Positions 19,920 through 30,857 of a stretch of DNA of 64,000 nt are shown piece after piece (within the stretch, counting starts at the first letter, position 1; each line of letters opens with the position of its first letter). The DNA lies in contig CAXXKM010000002.1 in assembly GCA_963664435.2 (NCBI GenBank), positions 384,001-448,000 of the forward strand, written 5' to 3'. The notes beneath the pieces are model-generated. The model saw only the letters and a list, made by a program, of their open reading frames with translations, made no database searches and was not told where the DNA came from. The DNA comes from Longimicrobiales bacterium. Its GTDB lineage: Bacteria; Gemmatimonadota; Gemmatimonadetes; Longimicrobiales; Gaopeijiaceae. The position numbers were made by a program, and so were the translations under genes.

Positions 19920-20290
19920 CGTCGCTCCTCCTTCTCGAGTCGCTCGTCAAGCAGCTTGCGCAGGCGCCTGATGGTCTGCGCGGAAAGGCGTTCGTCGGAG
20001 ACCAGGTTGGCCACGAGCATCTCCGTGGAGCCCGAATAGACCTTCTTCCGGAGCCGGTCGAGCACCGTCCGCCCGGCTTCTCGCCGCTCGAGCAGCGGAT
20101 GGTAGCGGTGGGCGCGCCCCTCCCTCTCGTAGCCGACGAGGCCCTTCGATTCCAGGATGCGAAGGACGGTAAGCACCGTCGTGTAGGCCAGATCATCCTC
20201 CAGCCTGGCGCTTACCTCGGCCACGGTGGCGGATTCCAGGTCCCAAAGAACCGACATGACGTCCATTTCGCGGGCGGTGAGCGATGTCAC
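19916..20290 (-). CDS. BlaI/MecI/CopY family transcriptional repressor
   Basis: LTAREMDVMSVLW..ATV..LAYTTVLTVLRILESKGLV..RAHRYHP; ATGA coupling to the M56 gene. Confidence 0.95.
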   Translation of the reverse strand: MTSLTAREMDVMSVLWDLESATVAEVSARLEDDLAYTTVLTVLRILESKGLVGYEREGRAHRYHPLLERREAGRTVLDRLRKKVYSGSTEMLVANLVSDERLSAQTIRRLRKLLDERLEKEERR

Positions 20291-20381
20291 AGGTGCCTCC
20301 TCAGGTGTCCGCGACCGTGCTCGCGAGTTGCCGGACGATGGTTCGCCAGGCTTGGCGCGCCTCCCTCACGGAGCATCCGCT

Positions 20382-20443
20382 TACTAATTATATAGTAGCA
20401 AAATGAGTGAGCGGGTTCCGATTTGTCAACTACAGACTTAGTA
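20382..20443 (-). promoter_or_regulatory. Two (T/A)ACTA-N6-TAGTA inverted repeats (candidate BlaI operators) around promoter-like elements
   Basis: TACTA-ATTATA-TAGTA at 20382-20397 and AACTA-CAGACT-TAGTA at 20428-20443; TTGACA on the minus strand at 20424-20429; AT-rich patch in GC-rich DNA. Confidence 0.65.
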
Positions 20444-20448
20444 GAGCT

Positions 20449-20817
20449 TCAGGAAGAAGCCGGATCGCGAGAACCCACCACCTCGTGCAGAGGCTGGTAG
20501 ATCCCGAGCTCCCCTCCGCCCGGCAGGGTCACAGTCGTCAGCCTGCCCCACCCCTGTTCCTCGACCGGACTGCATTGGACGCCCGCCGTGGACAGGTGCT
20601 CGACCAGCGCGTCGACGTCTTCGCACATGAGGTAAAGCTCATGGACGTCGTTCTTCTCCGAGGGATGCACCGCGACTTCCGACGGAGGCAGGGCGAAGAG
20701 CAGCCAGCCACCCCCGATGTCGATGTTCGGCAAGGCGAGCACGTCGCGGAAAAAGCCCCGGTCGGCAGCTGGATCCGTACTGTAGATGATGGTATGCGCG
20801 CCGCTGATCATCGTCAT
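20449..20817 (-). CDS. VOC/glyoxalase family protein
   Basis: GAHTIIYSTD..FFRDVL, LYLMCEDVD, QGWGRL..LPGGGELGIYQP; GGAGG RBS. Confidence 0.9.
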   Translation of the reverse strand: MTMISGAHTIIYSTDPAADRGFFRDVLALPNIDIGGGWLLFALPPSEVAVHPSEKNDVHELYLMCEDVDALVEHLSTAGVQCSPVEEQGWGRLTTVTLPGGGELGIYQPLHEVVGSRDPASS

Positions 20818-20911
20818 TCCCATCGCCTCCTCGCTGGCCGTAGAGGGAGAAACCGGGCCGCGGGGGCGACCGACCCCCCCGCGAACCGGCTCTCCCATAC
20901 GCCCCCCCGAA

Positions 20912-22258
20912 TCAGCTGATCGGCGGCACGTTGGGGTTGCGGTCGCGCTCCGACTCGGGAATGTCGAAGCAGTACGACCTGGGGTTGCGCGTGAACATGT
21001 TGGTGCGTGACCCCGGGGCAAACGCGGTGCTTCCCCAGTCGGGCGTATCCAGCGCCCCGGGTATGTTGGTCGCAGCCCACCGTCGCTCGTCACCGAGCCT
21101 GCGCCCCTCGAGCCAGAGCTCGATGTAGCGCTCCCGCTTGAGGAAGGTCCAGGCTTCCTCCATGCTCATTGCGACCCAGGGATCCAGCGCTTCGCCGGTG
21201 GTGTCGCTGATGTTGCGGGTGCGCACGCGGTTGATGATGGTCATGGCCGCCTGCCAGTTCCCGGAGTTGAGCTGGGCCTCGGCTTCCAGGAGCCGCATCT
21301 CCCAGCCGCTGACGATGCGCTGGTCGTCGTTGCGGCTGTTGTACTTGGCCTGGTTCTTCCACTCGACCTGGCCGTAGGTGTCCAAGCTCGCGGTGGCGTA
21401 GGGAATGTTCGCGTCCTCGAACCAGGGCGTCCTGGGATCTCCCGTCGCCGTATAGTATTCATCGAAGAAGGTGTAGATCACCGAGTAGGATCCGGCCGGC
21501 TGGCGCGCGTTGGCCTCGAAGATGGTGTTGTAGTAGGGCTGGAGCTCATCGTCGTAGTTGATCCAGAAGACGAAGTCGTCCGGGATCGTCGCAGCGTCCG
21601 AAGCGGCCGCACCCCAGTCCCCCAGCCAGGCGTGCGCGGCTGCTCGACCGCCCCGTGCCGCATGGGTCTCCTCGGGCGTCGAAGCGTACCCAAGAGCCGC
21701 GGTGAAGCTCGCGACGGCACGCTCGAAGTTCCCCGACGATCCCTGCTCGTAGCTGCCGGGCGTGGTATCGTCCGGATCCGTGGGGCCCAGGACGGCGTCG
21801 CACCACCACTCTCCCATGGTACGGTAGGTGAAGGCGTTCCACAGATATGCCTGATACAGCATGTTGTCCGGCGCTCCGACCTCGAGGAACCGGCTGATCG
21901 CCGTCTCGGTGATGAAGCGCGCCTGCACTCCGTCGTTCCAGCGATTGGAGAAGCTTCCGGGCAGGATATGCCCGGACTGGGTAATGGGATCGTGGCCCAT
22001 GAAGCCGGTCTGACCGCCAGGGAAGAGTTCCCGTGCCAGGATGGCGTGCGTGTAGCTGCCGTAGGTCAACAGCTCCGCCAGCCGGCGCACGCCGCCATTG
22101 ACGAGCCCCTGCTGGGACGCGGGCTGCGCCAGGAACTCGTCCTGGATGGGACCGGGGTTGGTGACCTCGCAACCCGATGCGGTCACGCCTGCGACTCCGG
22201 CGATGAGAAGAGCCCTGGTGAAACGTGTGCGGACACTCCTGTCTCTTGTCTCGTTCAT
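20912..22258 (-). CDS. RagB/SusD family outer-membrane lipoprotein
   Basis: Lipobox ASGC; EMRLLEAEA, INRVR, ERYIELWLEGRRLGDERR, IPESE..NPN. Confidence 0.9.
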   Translation of the reverse strand: MNETRDRSVRTRFTRALLIAGVAGVTASGCEVTNPGPIQDEFLAQPASQQGLVNGGVRRLAELLTYGSYTHAILARELFPGGQTGFMGHDPITQSGHILPGSFSNRWNDGVQARFITETAISRFLEVGAPDNMLYQAYLWNAFTYRTMGEWWCDAVLGPTDPDDTTPGSYEQGSSGNFERAVASFTAALGYASTPEETHAARGGRAAAHAWLGDWGAAASDAATIPDDFVFWINYDDELQPYYNTIFEANARQPAGSYSVIYTFFDEYYTATGDPRTPWFEDANIPYATASLDTYGQVEWKNQAKYNSRNDDQRIVSGWEMRLLEAEAQLNSGNWQAAMTIINRVRTRNISDTTGEALDPWVAMSMEEAWTFLKRERYIELWLEGRRLGDERRWAATNIPGALDTPDWGSTAFAPGSRTNMFTRNPRSYCFDIPESERDRNPNVPPIS

Positions 22259-22272
22259 CGTTCAGCCCTCCC

Positions 22273-25200
22273 CTAGAAGGTGACCCGCATGGAAATGCGG
22301 AACGTGACCGGGGACGGCACCCGTTCGGTCTGGTTGCCGATTCCGTCATCCAGAGCCGGTGAGTTACCCAGCGACTCGGGGTCGTACCAGGGAATCTCAC
22401 GGTACCAGTCGAAGTAGTTGCTGAGGGTTGCGGTGAGCGTGGCGTTGGAAATCCGCTCCGGGAACAGGGCGTCGACAGGCACCGTCAGGCTCACGTTACG
22501 GAGCTTGAAGTAGTCCGCGTCGAACCAGTAGTCTCGCGCAAATCCCGGAGTGCAGCGCTCGCGCCAGATGGCGGGCGTGTCCGACTTCAGCTCGATGGAT
22601 GTCTTGGGGGAGACGTACCACGGGAAGCAGAGCGGCGAGCGCACCGACCGGCTGATGGAGATCTCGTTGATGTACGCCACATGCCCGCCCTGGTACTCGC
22701 CCCGTGCCGAGAGCAGGATGTTGTTGGGGAAGCGCACCGAGATCATCGGCGTGATGATATGGGTCGGCAGCTGGGCCCCGATGATCACGTTCTCGCCGGT
22801 CCTGCCCGGCAGTGCCGGCGTATCCGGATTATCGTCGAACACCGGGGGAGCGATCTCATCCCGATTGATGACCCGGCGACCCATTTCCACCGGAAGCGCC
22901 TGGCCCTCGATGATCCATCCGTTGAGGTCCGAGAAGCGATCGATGCACTTTGCGCCGGGATCGCGCGCCAGCACGACATCGCTCGGCTCGGTTTCTCCCT
23001 TGCACAGGCTGACCACCTCGGAATTGATGGTGCTGATGCCCAGCCCGGCGTCCACGCCGAAGTTCGAACTCTGGAACAGAGTGGCGTCGACTTGCAGCTC
23101 CAGCCCGGCGTTGTCGACGGTGCCGACGTTCTCGAGCTGGCTCTGGGTGAAGCCCTGGGAGGGGATGGCGCTGACGCTCATCAGTGCGTCGGTGGTGCGC
23201 TGATCGAAGTAGGTGAAGGTGGCCGCCAACCGGTCGTCCAGCCACGAGGCGTCAAAGCCGAACTCCCACTCCCGGGTCACCTCGGGTCCCAGATCGGGAT
23301 TCCCCAGGTTGTCCGGCGTGAAGGCCGGGGTGCCCGCGTAGCCCGCCGGATTCCACGTTCTCACCGCGTCGAAGGCGCCGGGGGCGCGGCCGGACTGGCC
23401 GTATGCGGCGCGCAGCTTGATGGAGCCCAGGCCGGGATCCCAGAAGTCCTCGTCGCTGATCACCCAGGTGCCGCTAACCTTGGGATAGACCTGGAGTCCG
23501 AAGCCCGAGCCGAAGGCACTGTTGCCGTCGACCCGGATGCCGCCGGTGACGAAGTACTTGTTGCTGATGTCGAACACGTTCTGGAAGAAGAAACCCGCGT
23601 TCCAGACTTTCTCGCGATCCTCCTCCGCCACCTTGATGGCCGCGGAACTCACGGTGGGCTCGGCGGCGCCGGGGAAGTCCTCGCCCAGCAGCCTCAGTCG
23701 TACTTGCGAGTCGCCGATCGCCTGCCCGCCCCACGAGAAATTCGAGTTGATGCTGGACGTGACCGGCAGCGTGAAGGTCCCGACATAGTCGAACGTGAGG
23801 ACCCGCCGCTGGAACGTGTCGTTGGTGCGCGAGCCCAGCGGCTTGAGGAAGAAGCCGAAGTTGCGCTGGTTCTCCCTTCCTGGTTGGAGAAGTCGTAGCC
23901 GAAGGTAAAGCGGTTGGTCAGCTGGGCCTGGGGCGTATAGGTCAGGGTAATGCCCGAATTCAGGCGCTCGTTGCGCTGGTCGAACTCGTATTCCAGCAAC
24001 TTCCCGATCTCGCGCGGGTCCGCCGAGCCCACGTAGTTGCGCTCCTGACGGAAGGCGTTGAGCTGGATGCCCTCGGCGTTGTTGCCCGACGGAGTCCCGC
24101 TCAGCCACTGGCTGGTGTAGCCGGTGTTCCACTGGATCTGGAGATCCTCCACGGGCGTCATCGTGAAGTTGCCGCGGAAGTTGTACTTCTCCAGCTCGTC
24201 GTTCGCGAGCACGTAGCTGTCGTCCTGGTACTGCCCGGAGATGAAGTACTGCAGGTTCTGGCCGCCACCCCTCACCGAGAGCAGGTAGTTCTGGAACCAC
24301 ACCGAGCCCGGCCAGCTGCAGGGGCCGCTGGCGTTCTGGTTCACGCCCTTCCAGCGGTCGTCGTCGGTGACGCAGTCAGGCGCGTATTCGCCGCCTTCGT
24401 AGCCGCCGCCCCACCAGGCGTCGCGCATGTAGTGCTCCATCTGGATGAAGTCGCCGCCCGGGGCCCCGAACGGCTGCATCCACCCGGTGCCCTGCTGGAT
24501 CTCGGCGGTCCACACGGGCGCGCCCGCGGAGCCACGCTTGGTGAAGATCTGAATCACGCCGGCAGAGGCTTCGGTCCCATAGAGGGTGGTCGCCGCGGAG
24601 CCCTTGATCACCTCGATGCGCTCGATGTCGTTGGGGTTGATCATGTCGAGCGGGGTCACCGTGATGAGCGACGGACGCCCGAGTCCGGTCCCGGGGGTCG
24701 CGACCACGGGGAAGGCGTCGTCCATGATCCTCACGCCGTCCACGTAGATGATGGGCTGGTTCGACATCGCCACGCTGGAGTTGCCGCGCAGGCGGATCTG
24801 CTTGCCCTGGGCGGGCTCGCTGCTGCCGCCGATGACGTGCACGCCGGGTGCTGCCGCCTGCAGCAGGTCGGACACGGCCGCCTGACGCTCGGGGACATCG
24901 GTCAGGTTGATCTGCGCGATGGCGTTGCCGATCTCGCGCCGGCGCGCGGCGCCCGCGGCCCCCGTCACGACGATCTCGTCGAGGCCGAGCGCCTCCGTCG
25001 ACATGGCGAAGTCCTGGGTGACGGTGCCTTCGGCGGGCACGTCGATCGACTGGGTCACGGTCTGGAAACCGATTCGCTCCGCCCGGAGCTCGTACGACCC
25101 CGGGGGCACGTTAAGGACGAGGTAGCGTCCGTTGGAACGGGTCAGCGTCCCCAGCGTGGAGCCGACCACGTAGACCTGCACCTCGCCGATCGGGCCGCCC

Positions 25201-25358
25201 GACTGGGCGTCGGTGACGACTCCGGTAATGCGCCCGTTTTGCGCGTGCGCGGGCACCGCGCAGAGAAGCGCGAGGCCCGTGACAATCAGAACGGCCACCC
25301 CTCCCCTTGATCGACCAGGCCCGCGGGGTCTGTGAGGAAACAGGGACAATCGGGACAT
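22273..25358 (-). pseudogene. SusC/RagA TonB-dependent receptor with a single-base frameshift near 23870
   Basis: N-terminal ORF has carboxypeptidase-like and plug domains (LDEIVVTG, IERIEVIKGSAATTLYG); the barrel continues in another frame (GNPDLGPE, DYFKLR, C-terminal F); may be an assembly error. Confidence 0.85.
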
Positions 25359-25740
25359 GGAGCCCTCCTTCGGCGACGCAAGTCACCGGCGTTGCGCCCG
25401 GTGCGCCGAGAAACAGACTCCTGCCAAATGCCCCTGGGACGGACTCCCAGACCGCGCGTGGACGAACTGCCCGTCTCAAACTGACGCTGGTGCTGGTGAA
25501 TTGAGGGGTTGAACCGCAATCTTCTAGAATTCGCTGCGAGTGGGTGCTACGTAAGCAAGAGTGCGTGCGTCGGCAGTTGCGGACCCGGGGCCGCGTCGAG
25601 CGGCCGCGGGGTTGCGTTCATCCGGGGCAGCGCGGTAATCGTGAACCGAACCACCATCGAATCCCGGGCAGGGCGAAGCTCTACTCGACCCCGCGGAAAG
25701 CTCTGCTGGAATCCCGCAGTTGCCCGGATGGGAGGCTGCC

Positions 25741-26232
25741 ATGCGAGGAAGGAACACGAGGCGGGCCGTCTGCTGTGTCGCGGCCCTGCTCTTCTCTCCG
25801 GCGTGTTACCGCTATGTGCCCATCGAAACAGCGGCGGCGGCACCCGGAGAGCCGGTGAGGATCTACGTCACCCAAGCAGGCACGGAGAGCTTCCGCGAGG
25901 TCCTGGAAGTGGACCAGACCGTGCCCGTTCTGCGCGGCACGATCACGGGACGGGACGCCGGCGACCTCCTGATCGCCGTGGAGGTTGCGCAACGGCAGGT
26001 GGGCTTCCAGGCGATGGGGCTCGAACAGACCCTGCGCATTCCGGAGGGCGAGATCGTAGCTACGGAGCGGCGGTCGCTGAACGCGCTCGCCACGTCCGCC
26101 TTCGTGGGGGTCGTCGCCGGCGGAGTGGCGGCGATCCTCAGCCTCATTCTGGAGTCCGAAGGCGAGCCGGCGCCACCGGACCCGGACCCGGATCTTATGG
26201 TGCCGCTGATCTCCCTGCCTGTAGGACGATAG
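25741..26232 (+). CDS. Hypothetical lipoprotein
   Basis: GGAGG RBS, lipobox SPAC-YRYVP, C-terminal hydrophobic segment. Confidence 0.75.
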   Translation: MRGRNTRRAVCCVAALLFSPACYRYVPIETAAAAPGEPVRIYVTQAGTESFREVLEVDQTVPVLRGTITGRDAGDLLIAVEVAQRQVGFQAMGLEQTLRIPEGEIVATERRSLNALATSAFVGVVAGGVAAILSLILESEGEPAPPDPDPDLMVPLISLPVGR

Positions 26233-26247
26233 GCCTGAACGAAAGAA

Positions 26248-26306
26248 TCTGCCAAAATGGCAGACCCATAGCTGCGGAAGAGTCAAAGTCTGCCAAAATG
26301 GCAGAG
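26248..26306. repeat. Two copies of palindrome TCTGCCAAAATGGCAGA (candidate left att cores)
   Basis: Exact copies at 26248-26264 and 26289-26305, 41 bp apart. Confidence 0.9.
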
Positions 26307-26643
26307 CCACGGTGGAGGTGATCGCGGCAAGGAATCACGTAAGTTCAATCAGGGCTGCACGATCTGCCATTCTTGCCGCTGGTCTGTATCTGGTTTGTCC
26401 GCGCTCAAACGGCGGCAAAACCGTCTCAAATGCCGGGAAGCTGCGGGAGTGGCCAATGAAATCCTTGGGGCTGTCCTGAATGGTCACCTATTCGGGAGAC
26501 GGCGGGGTCGCCTGCTCGACACACCGCTTTCGGCGGGGGACTTGCGTGGCGATCTCGCAAACCCGCTTCCACCGCCCCGTAGCCCTACACCTATCGTTCA
26601 CACGGCTTCCAAGACTTCCCGAGATCCATCCACCCTCCTGAAG

Positions 26644-27183
26644 TCAGGTATGCAGCTTGGCCGTCATCGTCTCGACCTGCCAGCCGTCGTCATTCTCACG
26701 CAGGTGCATCTCGTACAGGACGCCGCCCCACCCGTACTCGGGGTGCATGTAGCCGATCCCGACGGAGACCCTGTAGCGTCCGCCGGCTTCCATGTGCAGC
26801 CCGCGGATGGACAGGATGTATTCCCCGTCGCGGATGGACATGCTGTTGTCGCCAGCGACGAAGCGCGCGTAATCGCGTCCGTCGATCCGCACCGGCTCGC
26901 CAGCGTAGTTCCCGCCGAAGATCCGGCTCGCGTCGATCCGAACCCTCGTGTGCCGGGCAACTCCCGTGAACTCGCCGTTCTCCATGACGTGCTTGAGGGC
27001 GGCGTTTACGAGCGGATAGCGCACATCATCGGCCAAGCGCACCGCAGCGCCTTGGCGCTCCAGCGGGATGGTGGTGGGCATCGTGTCTGGCTCCTCCTGC
27101 GGAAGCGGCGTCATGCTCTCTCCGAAGTTATCGCCGCAGGAGAGCGCGAGGAGGGCAAGCGCCAGAGTCAGCGTGCGTTTCAT
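26644..27183 (-). CDS. Hypothetical lipoprotein (partner of upstream HExxH protein)
   Basis: MKRTLTLALALLALSC lipobox; AGGAG RBS; 17 nt after the upstream stop. Confidence 0.75.
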   Translation of the reverse strand: MKRTLTLALALLALSCGDNFGESMTPLPQEEPDTMPTTIPLERQGAAVRLADDVRYPLVNAALKHVMENGEFTGVARHTRVRIDASRIFGGNYAGEPVRIDGRDYARFVAGDNSMSIRDGEYILSIRGLHMEAGGRYRVSVGIGYMHPEYGWGGVLYEMHLRENDDGWQVETMTAKLHT

Positions 27184-27200
27184 GGTTTTCTCCTATTCTC

Positions 27201-27737
27201 CTAGTAGTCGAAGCAGATGTCGCCCGCGTTGTACGAGTTCAGCGCGCCGCTGTTGTGATGCACGCCGACATGGTGTGCCGACTCATGGGCGAGCGAGCCC
27301 GGTCTGCCGTTCAGGCCCCACCGGCCCCTGTTGAAGCCGTAGTGGGGCCACGAGTGGTCGTTGACGTGGAAGCCGTTCGAGGGATTGTTGGCGTCGTTGT
27401 ATTCGCGAGCCGAGCCGGACGCGATCAACGTCCGCAAATTGCCGTGCAGCTGGTCGTACATGTCGTTGCACATGCTCCAATGAGGAGAATTCGAACTGAG
27501 ATCGTGGGAAAGGCTCATGCCATCGAGGACGGGCAGGATCTCGTTGATGAAGCTGGTCGACATCGGGACGGTAACCACCCAGCCGCTTTCGGTCTCGACA
27601 CACATCTCCTCGGGGCTCGTCGTGTAACACTCCTGCGTTTGGGTGACGGGGAGAACGAATCCCCCAAGCTCGATGATGAGGGATCCTACGAGGAGCAGCA
27701 CCAGAAAGGCGCTGACCCTGCGTTCGTTGGGTGTCAT
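27201..27737 (-). CDS. Small exported HExxH (zincin-like) protein
   Basis: N-terminal hydrophobic signal; SLAHESAHHVGVHH near the C-terminus. Confidence 0.6.
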   Translation of the reverse strand: MTPNERRVSAFLVLLLVGSLIIELGGFVLPVTQTQECYTTSPEEMCVETESGWVVTVPMSTSFINEILPVLDGMSLSHDLSSNSPHWSMCNDMYDQLHGNLRTLIASGSAREYNDANNPSNGFHVNDHSWPHYGFNRGRWGLNGRPGSLAHESAHHVGVHHNSGALNSYNAGDICFDY

Positions 27738-28113
27738 GGATTCGGTTTCCGATCTCCGGATTGTGAGGGATGCGATACGGTCGGACGGCGACTAAAAGTT
27801 AGCTGACAAGCCAAGGCCTACGCTACACCACGGGAAGTACGTCGGCTGTCGGCAATCCCATGGAAAGGAAGACGACTACCCCCCGACCGGACTCCGCCGA
27901 ACGAGAGAGCCGTTTGGGATACCGGGGTCACCGCCGGACAACGCGGGCCTTCCGTGCCGACTGGGTCGGCTGCTCGCTCCCGCACCGTGATGGCTCACTT
28001 CGCGCGCTTCCGAGAGGTCGGCGATCCCCAGGGTTCGTGAACATCACGCGTACCCCAAAGCTCTCACGGGGTCACAGGCTCCCGTCCACCATCCGGGACG
28101 CAACGGCGCTGGC

Positions 28114-28181
28114 TGACGGGGATTTCCCCCCATAGTGACGGGATTCTCCCGCTATGGGGGGCTGCCCGTCTTGTCGATAAT
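28114..28181 (+). promoter_or_regulatory. 22-bp-period direct repeat with overlapping inverted repeat, followed by GATAAT
   Basis: TGACGGGGATTTCCCCCCATAG / TGACGGGATTCTCCCGCTAT; CCCCCCATAG..CTATGGGGGG; upstream of the 28266 gene. Confidence 0.35.
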
Positions 28182-28265
28182 GAATGTGCGGGGAGGACTG
28201 CCAAGGCTGTCAGCGGTCCGAGGGACGCGAGTGAACCGTTGAGAACTCAGAAGAAAGAGAGTACC

Positions 28266-30014
28266 ATGAGCAAGCTTGGAACGAACGTTCTTGCAGTAGG
28301 AGGCGTGCTGCTTGCCACAGCCTGCACCGACGATCCGTTGGGCGTCGATCCATCCCCCTTGCCCGGTGATCCCACGACGATCGAGAGGTTCCCCGCTGTG
28401 GTCCGTGCCGGGTCCGATGCTCTTGTCACCGAGATCGTCGACCCGTTCCGACCGCGACTCGCCATCGAGATCGTTGCCGTCGGAGCGGTTCTCCCCGACC
28501 TGCCGGTCACGCTCCGGCTCGAAGGGCGCGCCATTGAGGATATCTCCGGCGGTGAGGTGACGGTCACGCTCCCGACCCAAGCGGCTATGGCTCATTCCGG
28601 ATCGGGCAAGCGTCTCTCCTATCCGCCGAACGCCAAGCTCCCGGTCGTTGCCCGTTGGACGCTGCCCGCGATGACCGCAGACGATGTCTGGATAAAGGAG
28701 CTCGCTGTCGGGACGGTCGAGGCGGGCACCTACCATGTTGCGGTGCAGGCGGACACACGCGGCCCGAGGAACAGTCCCTACATCCTCGACGATGTCTACC
28801 GCAAGGCGTGGATGTTCGTCATCGAGGGTGGCGGTACGCTTTGGGGTACACTCGATGCGTTGGCGTTCCCAAGCCGCACCGCCCCGGTGCCCGGCCCGTT
28901 CCGGCCGAAGGCGCCATACCGAGCGAACCAGACCGGCCAAGCGACCGCATCTGGAGCGCTGACCGCCAGCTACGGATCCTCGGTTCAGGTCAAGGTCCTG
29001 TACAACGAGCGCGGCCTGCATCTGCGACCTGCCGTCGGCGCGACCATCTGGGCCAACACCGCGAGCGTAGAGGATCCGGACTACATCACGGGGGCGACGC
29101 AGAGCTACACGGTGCCGACAAGCGGCATCGTACGCTTCAGGTGCCCCGCGGAGGGCTACTATTTGGCAGGCGGCGGGAATCTGCCGGCAACGTCCGAGGT
29201 GGGAAGCGGCTCGTTCCTCGGGTACTGGGAGGCGACTGCCGACGATTGCAACACCTCCATGCAGGTCGTCGGCACCGATCACACCTACATGCCGTGGTCG
29301 AACCTGAAGGAGGCGATCCCGCGGATCGACTCGGGGTTCGGCGGCTATTTCAAGGCACGGCAAAGCTGGGGGACCGACATGGGGCACGGCGGCCGCTCTT
29401 ACTACCTGCAAACGTCCGACCGCATCGTTTTCGGCCCGTATTCCTTTTGGAACAAGTTCACGGCCGCCCACGAGTACGGACACGCCTTGCACCACAAGGC
29501 GCTCGGTGGACTGTGGGACACCGAATACGCTTGCCGCACGCACGAACTTTGGGAGGAGTCGGGCTACCGTTGCGCGTTCCAAGAGGGCCTCGCCGACTAC
29601 GCCGGGAAGATCGGGTCGCGCGACCCGCACCCGTCCTACAACTTCGAGTCTCCGCCAACGGACGGATCGGACCGGGAGCCACTGACCGAGGGCTACGTCG
29701 CGGCGTTGTTCTGGGACCTGATCGACTCGGTGAGCGATGGCGACGACGACACGAACTACTCGGCCTACTACGTGATGACCGTATTCCGGACTTGCAAGGT
29801 GCAGCGCAGGAACGAGTTCGGCATCGTCCGAACCCACGACCGCGAGAACGTCTCCGATTTCGTATGGTGCCTTGAGAACCGCGTCAACAGTACGGTCCAC
29901 AACCGCGAGTTTCGCGGCATCCGCGCGCCAGAGAGTGCGGGCGAGGGCGCGACGGAGCCACGGGGCTGGAACGCCAACGACATCCGGGACACCTGGCTAC
30001 AGAACATCGGATGA
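28266..30014 (+). CDS. Lipoprotein with gluzincin-type metallopeptidase motif
   Basis: Lipobox ATAC; AAHEYGHALH followed by AFQEGLADY (third zinc ligand Glu). Confidence 0.7.
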   Translation: MSKLGTNVLAVGGVLLATACTDDPLGVDPSPLPGDPTTIERFPAVVRAGSDALVTEIVDPFRPRLAIEIVAVGAVLPDLPVTLRLEGRAIEDISGGEVTVTLPTQAAMAHSGSGKRLSYPPNAKLPVVARWTLPAMTADDVWIKELAVGTVEAGTYHVAVQADTRGPRNSPYILDDVYRKAWMFVIEGGGTLWGTLDALAFPSRTAPVPGPFRPKAPYRANQTGQATASGALTASYGSSVQVKVLYNERGLHLRPAVGATIWANTASVEDPDYITGATQSYTVPTSGIVRFRCPAEGYYLAGGGNLPATSEVGSGSFLGYWEATADDCNTSMQVVGTDHTYMPWSNLKEAIPRIDSGFGGYFKARQSWGTDMGHGGRSYYLQTSDRIVFGPYSFWNKFTAAHEYGHALHHKALGGLWDTEYACRTHELWEESGYRCAFQEGLADYAGKIGSRDPHPSYNFESPPTDGSDREPLTEGYVAALFWDLIDSVSDGDDDTNYSAYYVMTVFRTCKVQRRNEFGIVRTHDRENVSDFVWCLENRVNSTVHNREFRGIRAPESAGEGATEPRGWNANDIRDTWLQNIG

Positions 30015-30604
30015 GGAGCGCGGCAGCCAGAAGGGGAGTGGTGCGGGCAACGGCGGTCGCGCTGCTCGCGCTCGTGGCGTGTGCCGACGTAACCGAGGAA
30101 TCCGGCGGCGCGTGTCTCGAGGTCACGGTGCCACTCGGTGTCAGGACCATCTCCTTTGAAGGGGACAGGCTTACGCTCCGCAACTCGATCATCGACCCAG
30201 TCGGCCTCGCCGGTCTAGAGGTGGCGGTGCGATGGGACGCGGACACGGTGACGCTCGGGTCGAATCACCTGCCGTCGGGCTGCTTCGCCGTGCCCGAGTC
30301 CGGTCTCGTCTTCGTGGACGTGACACTCTCGCAGACGGGCGAACTGGTGTCGCAGGGCACTGCGTCCTGGGGGCTGCTACCGAACAGCGAGTGGGAGGTC
30401 GCGGTCGACCGCGCGCCCTCAGCGATGGACGCCGGGATCGACCCACGCTGGCCGGACGAGCCGAACCCCAAGGCGTGCTCGTGGTTCTGGTGCCACGGCG
30501 TTTGGGAATTCAAGATCCGCCCGGACGCCCGCCACTACGAGGAAGAGGCGCTCTGGCTGACGATCTGGCGCGTGGTTCCCGGCGAATGCGCGGATGTCTG
30601 CTAG
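30011..30604 (+). CDS. Hypothetical Cys-rich lipoprotein
   Basis: Lipobox LVAC; ATGA overlap with the upstream gene; CSWFWC and terminal ECADVC. Confidence 0.75.
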   Translation: MRSAAARRGVVRATAVALLALVACADVTEESGGACLEVTVPLGVRTISFEGDRLTLRNSIIDPVGLAGLEVAVRWDADTVTLGSNHLPSGCFAVPESGLVFVDVTLSQTGELVSQGTASWGLLPNSEWEVAVDRAPSAMDAGIDPRWPDEPNPKACSWFWCHGVWEFKIRPDARHYEEEALWLTIWRVVPGECADVC

Positions 30605-30857
30605 TCCGGCCGGCCCCCTCAAAGCCTCGGCTCTGGACATCGGCCCCATGGACCCCTACGGGGTGGTGTCGAGGGCCACACACAAGCCCGAATGAGAAGG
30701 AGACGTGACCCTTACACGGATCAACAGCCCGCTGCCCTGCTCGCCGTGTCCGCCCGGTGAACCGTTCGCTGGCTAACCTCGGCCAACCGCGGGCGGCACC
30801 CCACCATTTGGCGACACGATCGGAGCGCCCGTATCTTGCGCGAAGGAGAGAACGACC

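Noticed and set aside
26248..26306. CRISPR array from the two palindromic repeats
   Set aside because: Only two 17-bp copies with a 24-bp gap, no cas genes; the same motif sits beside the integrase, which fits an att site better
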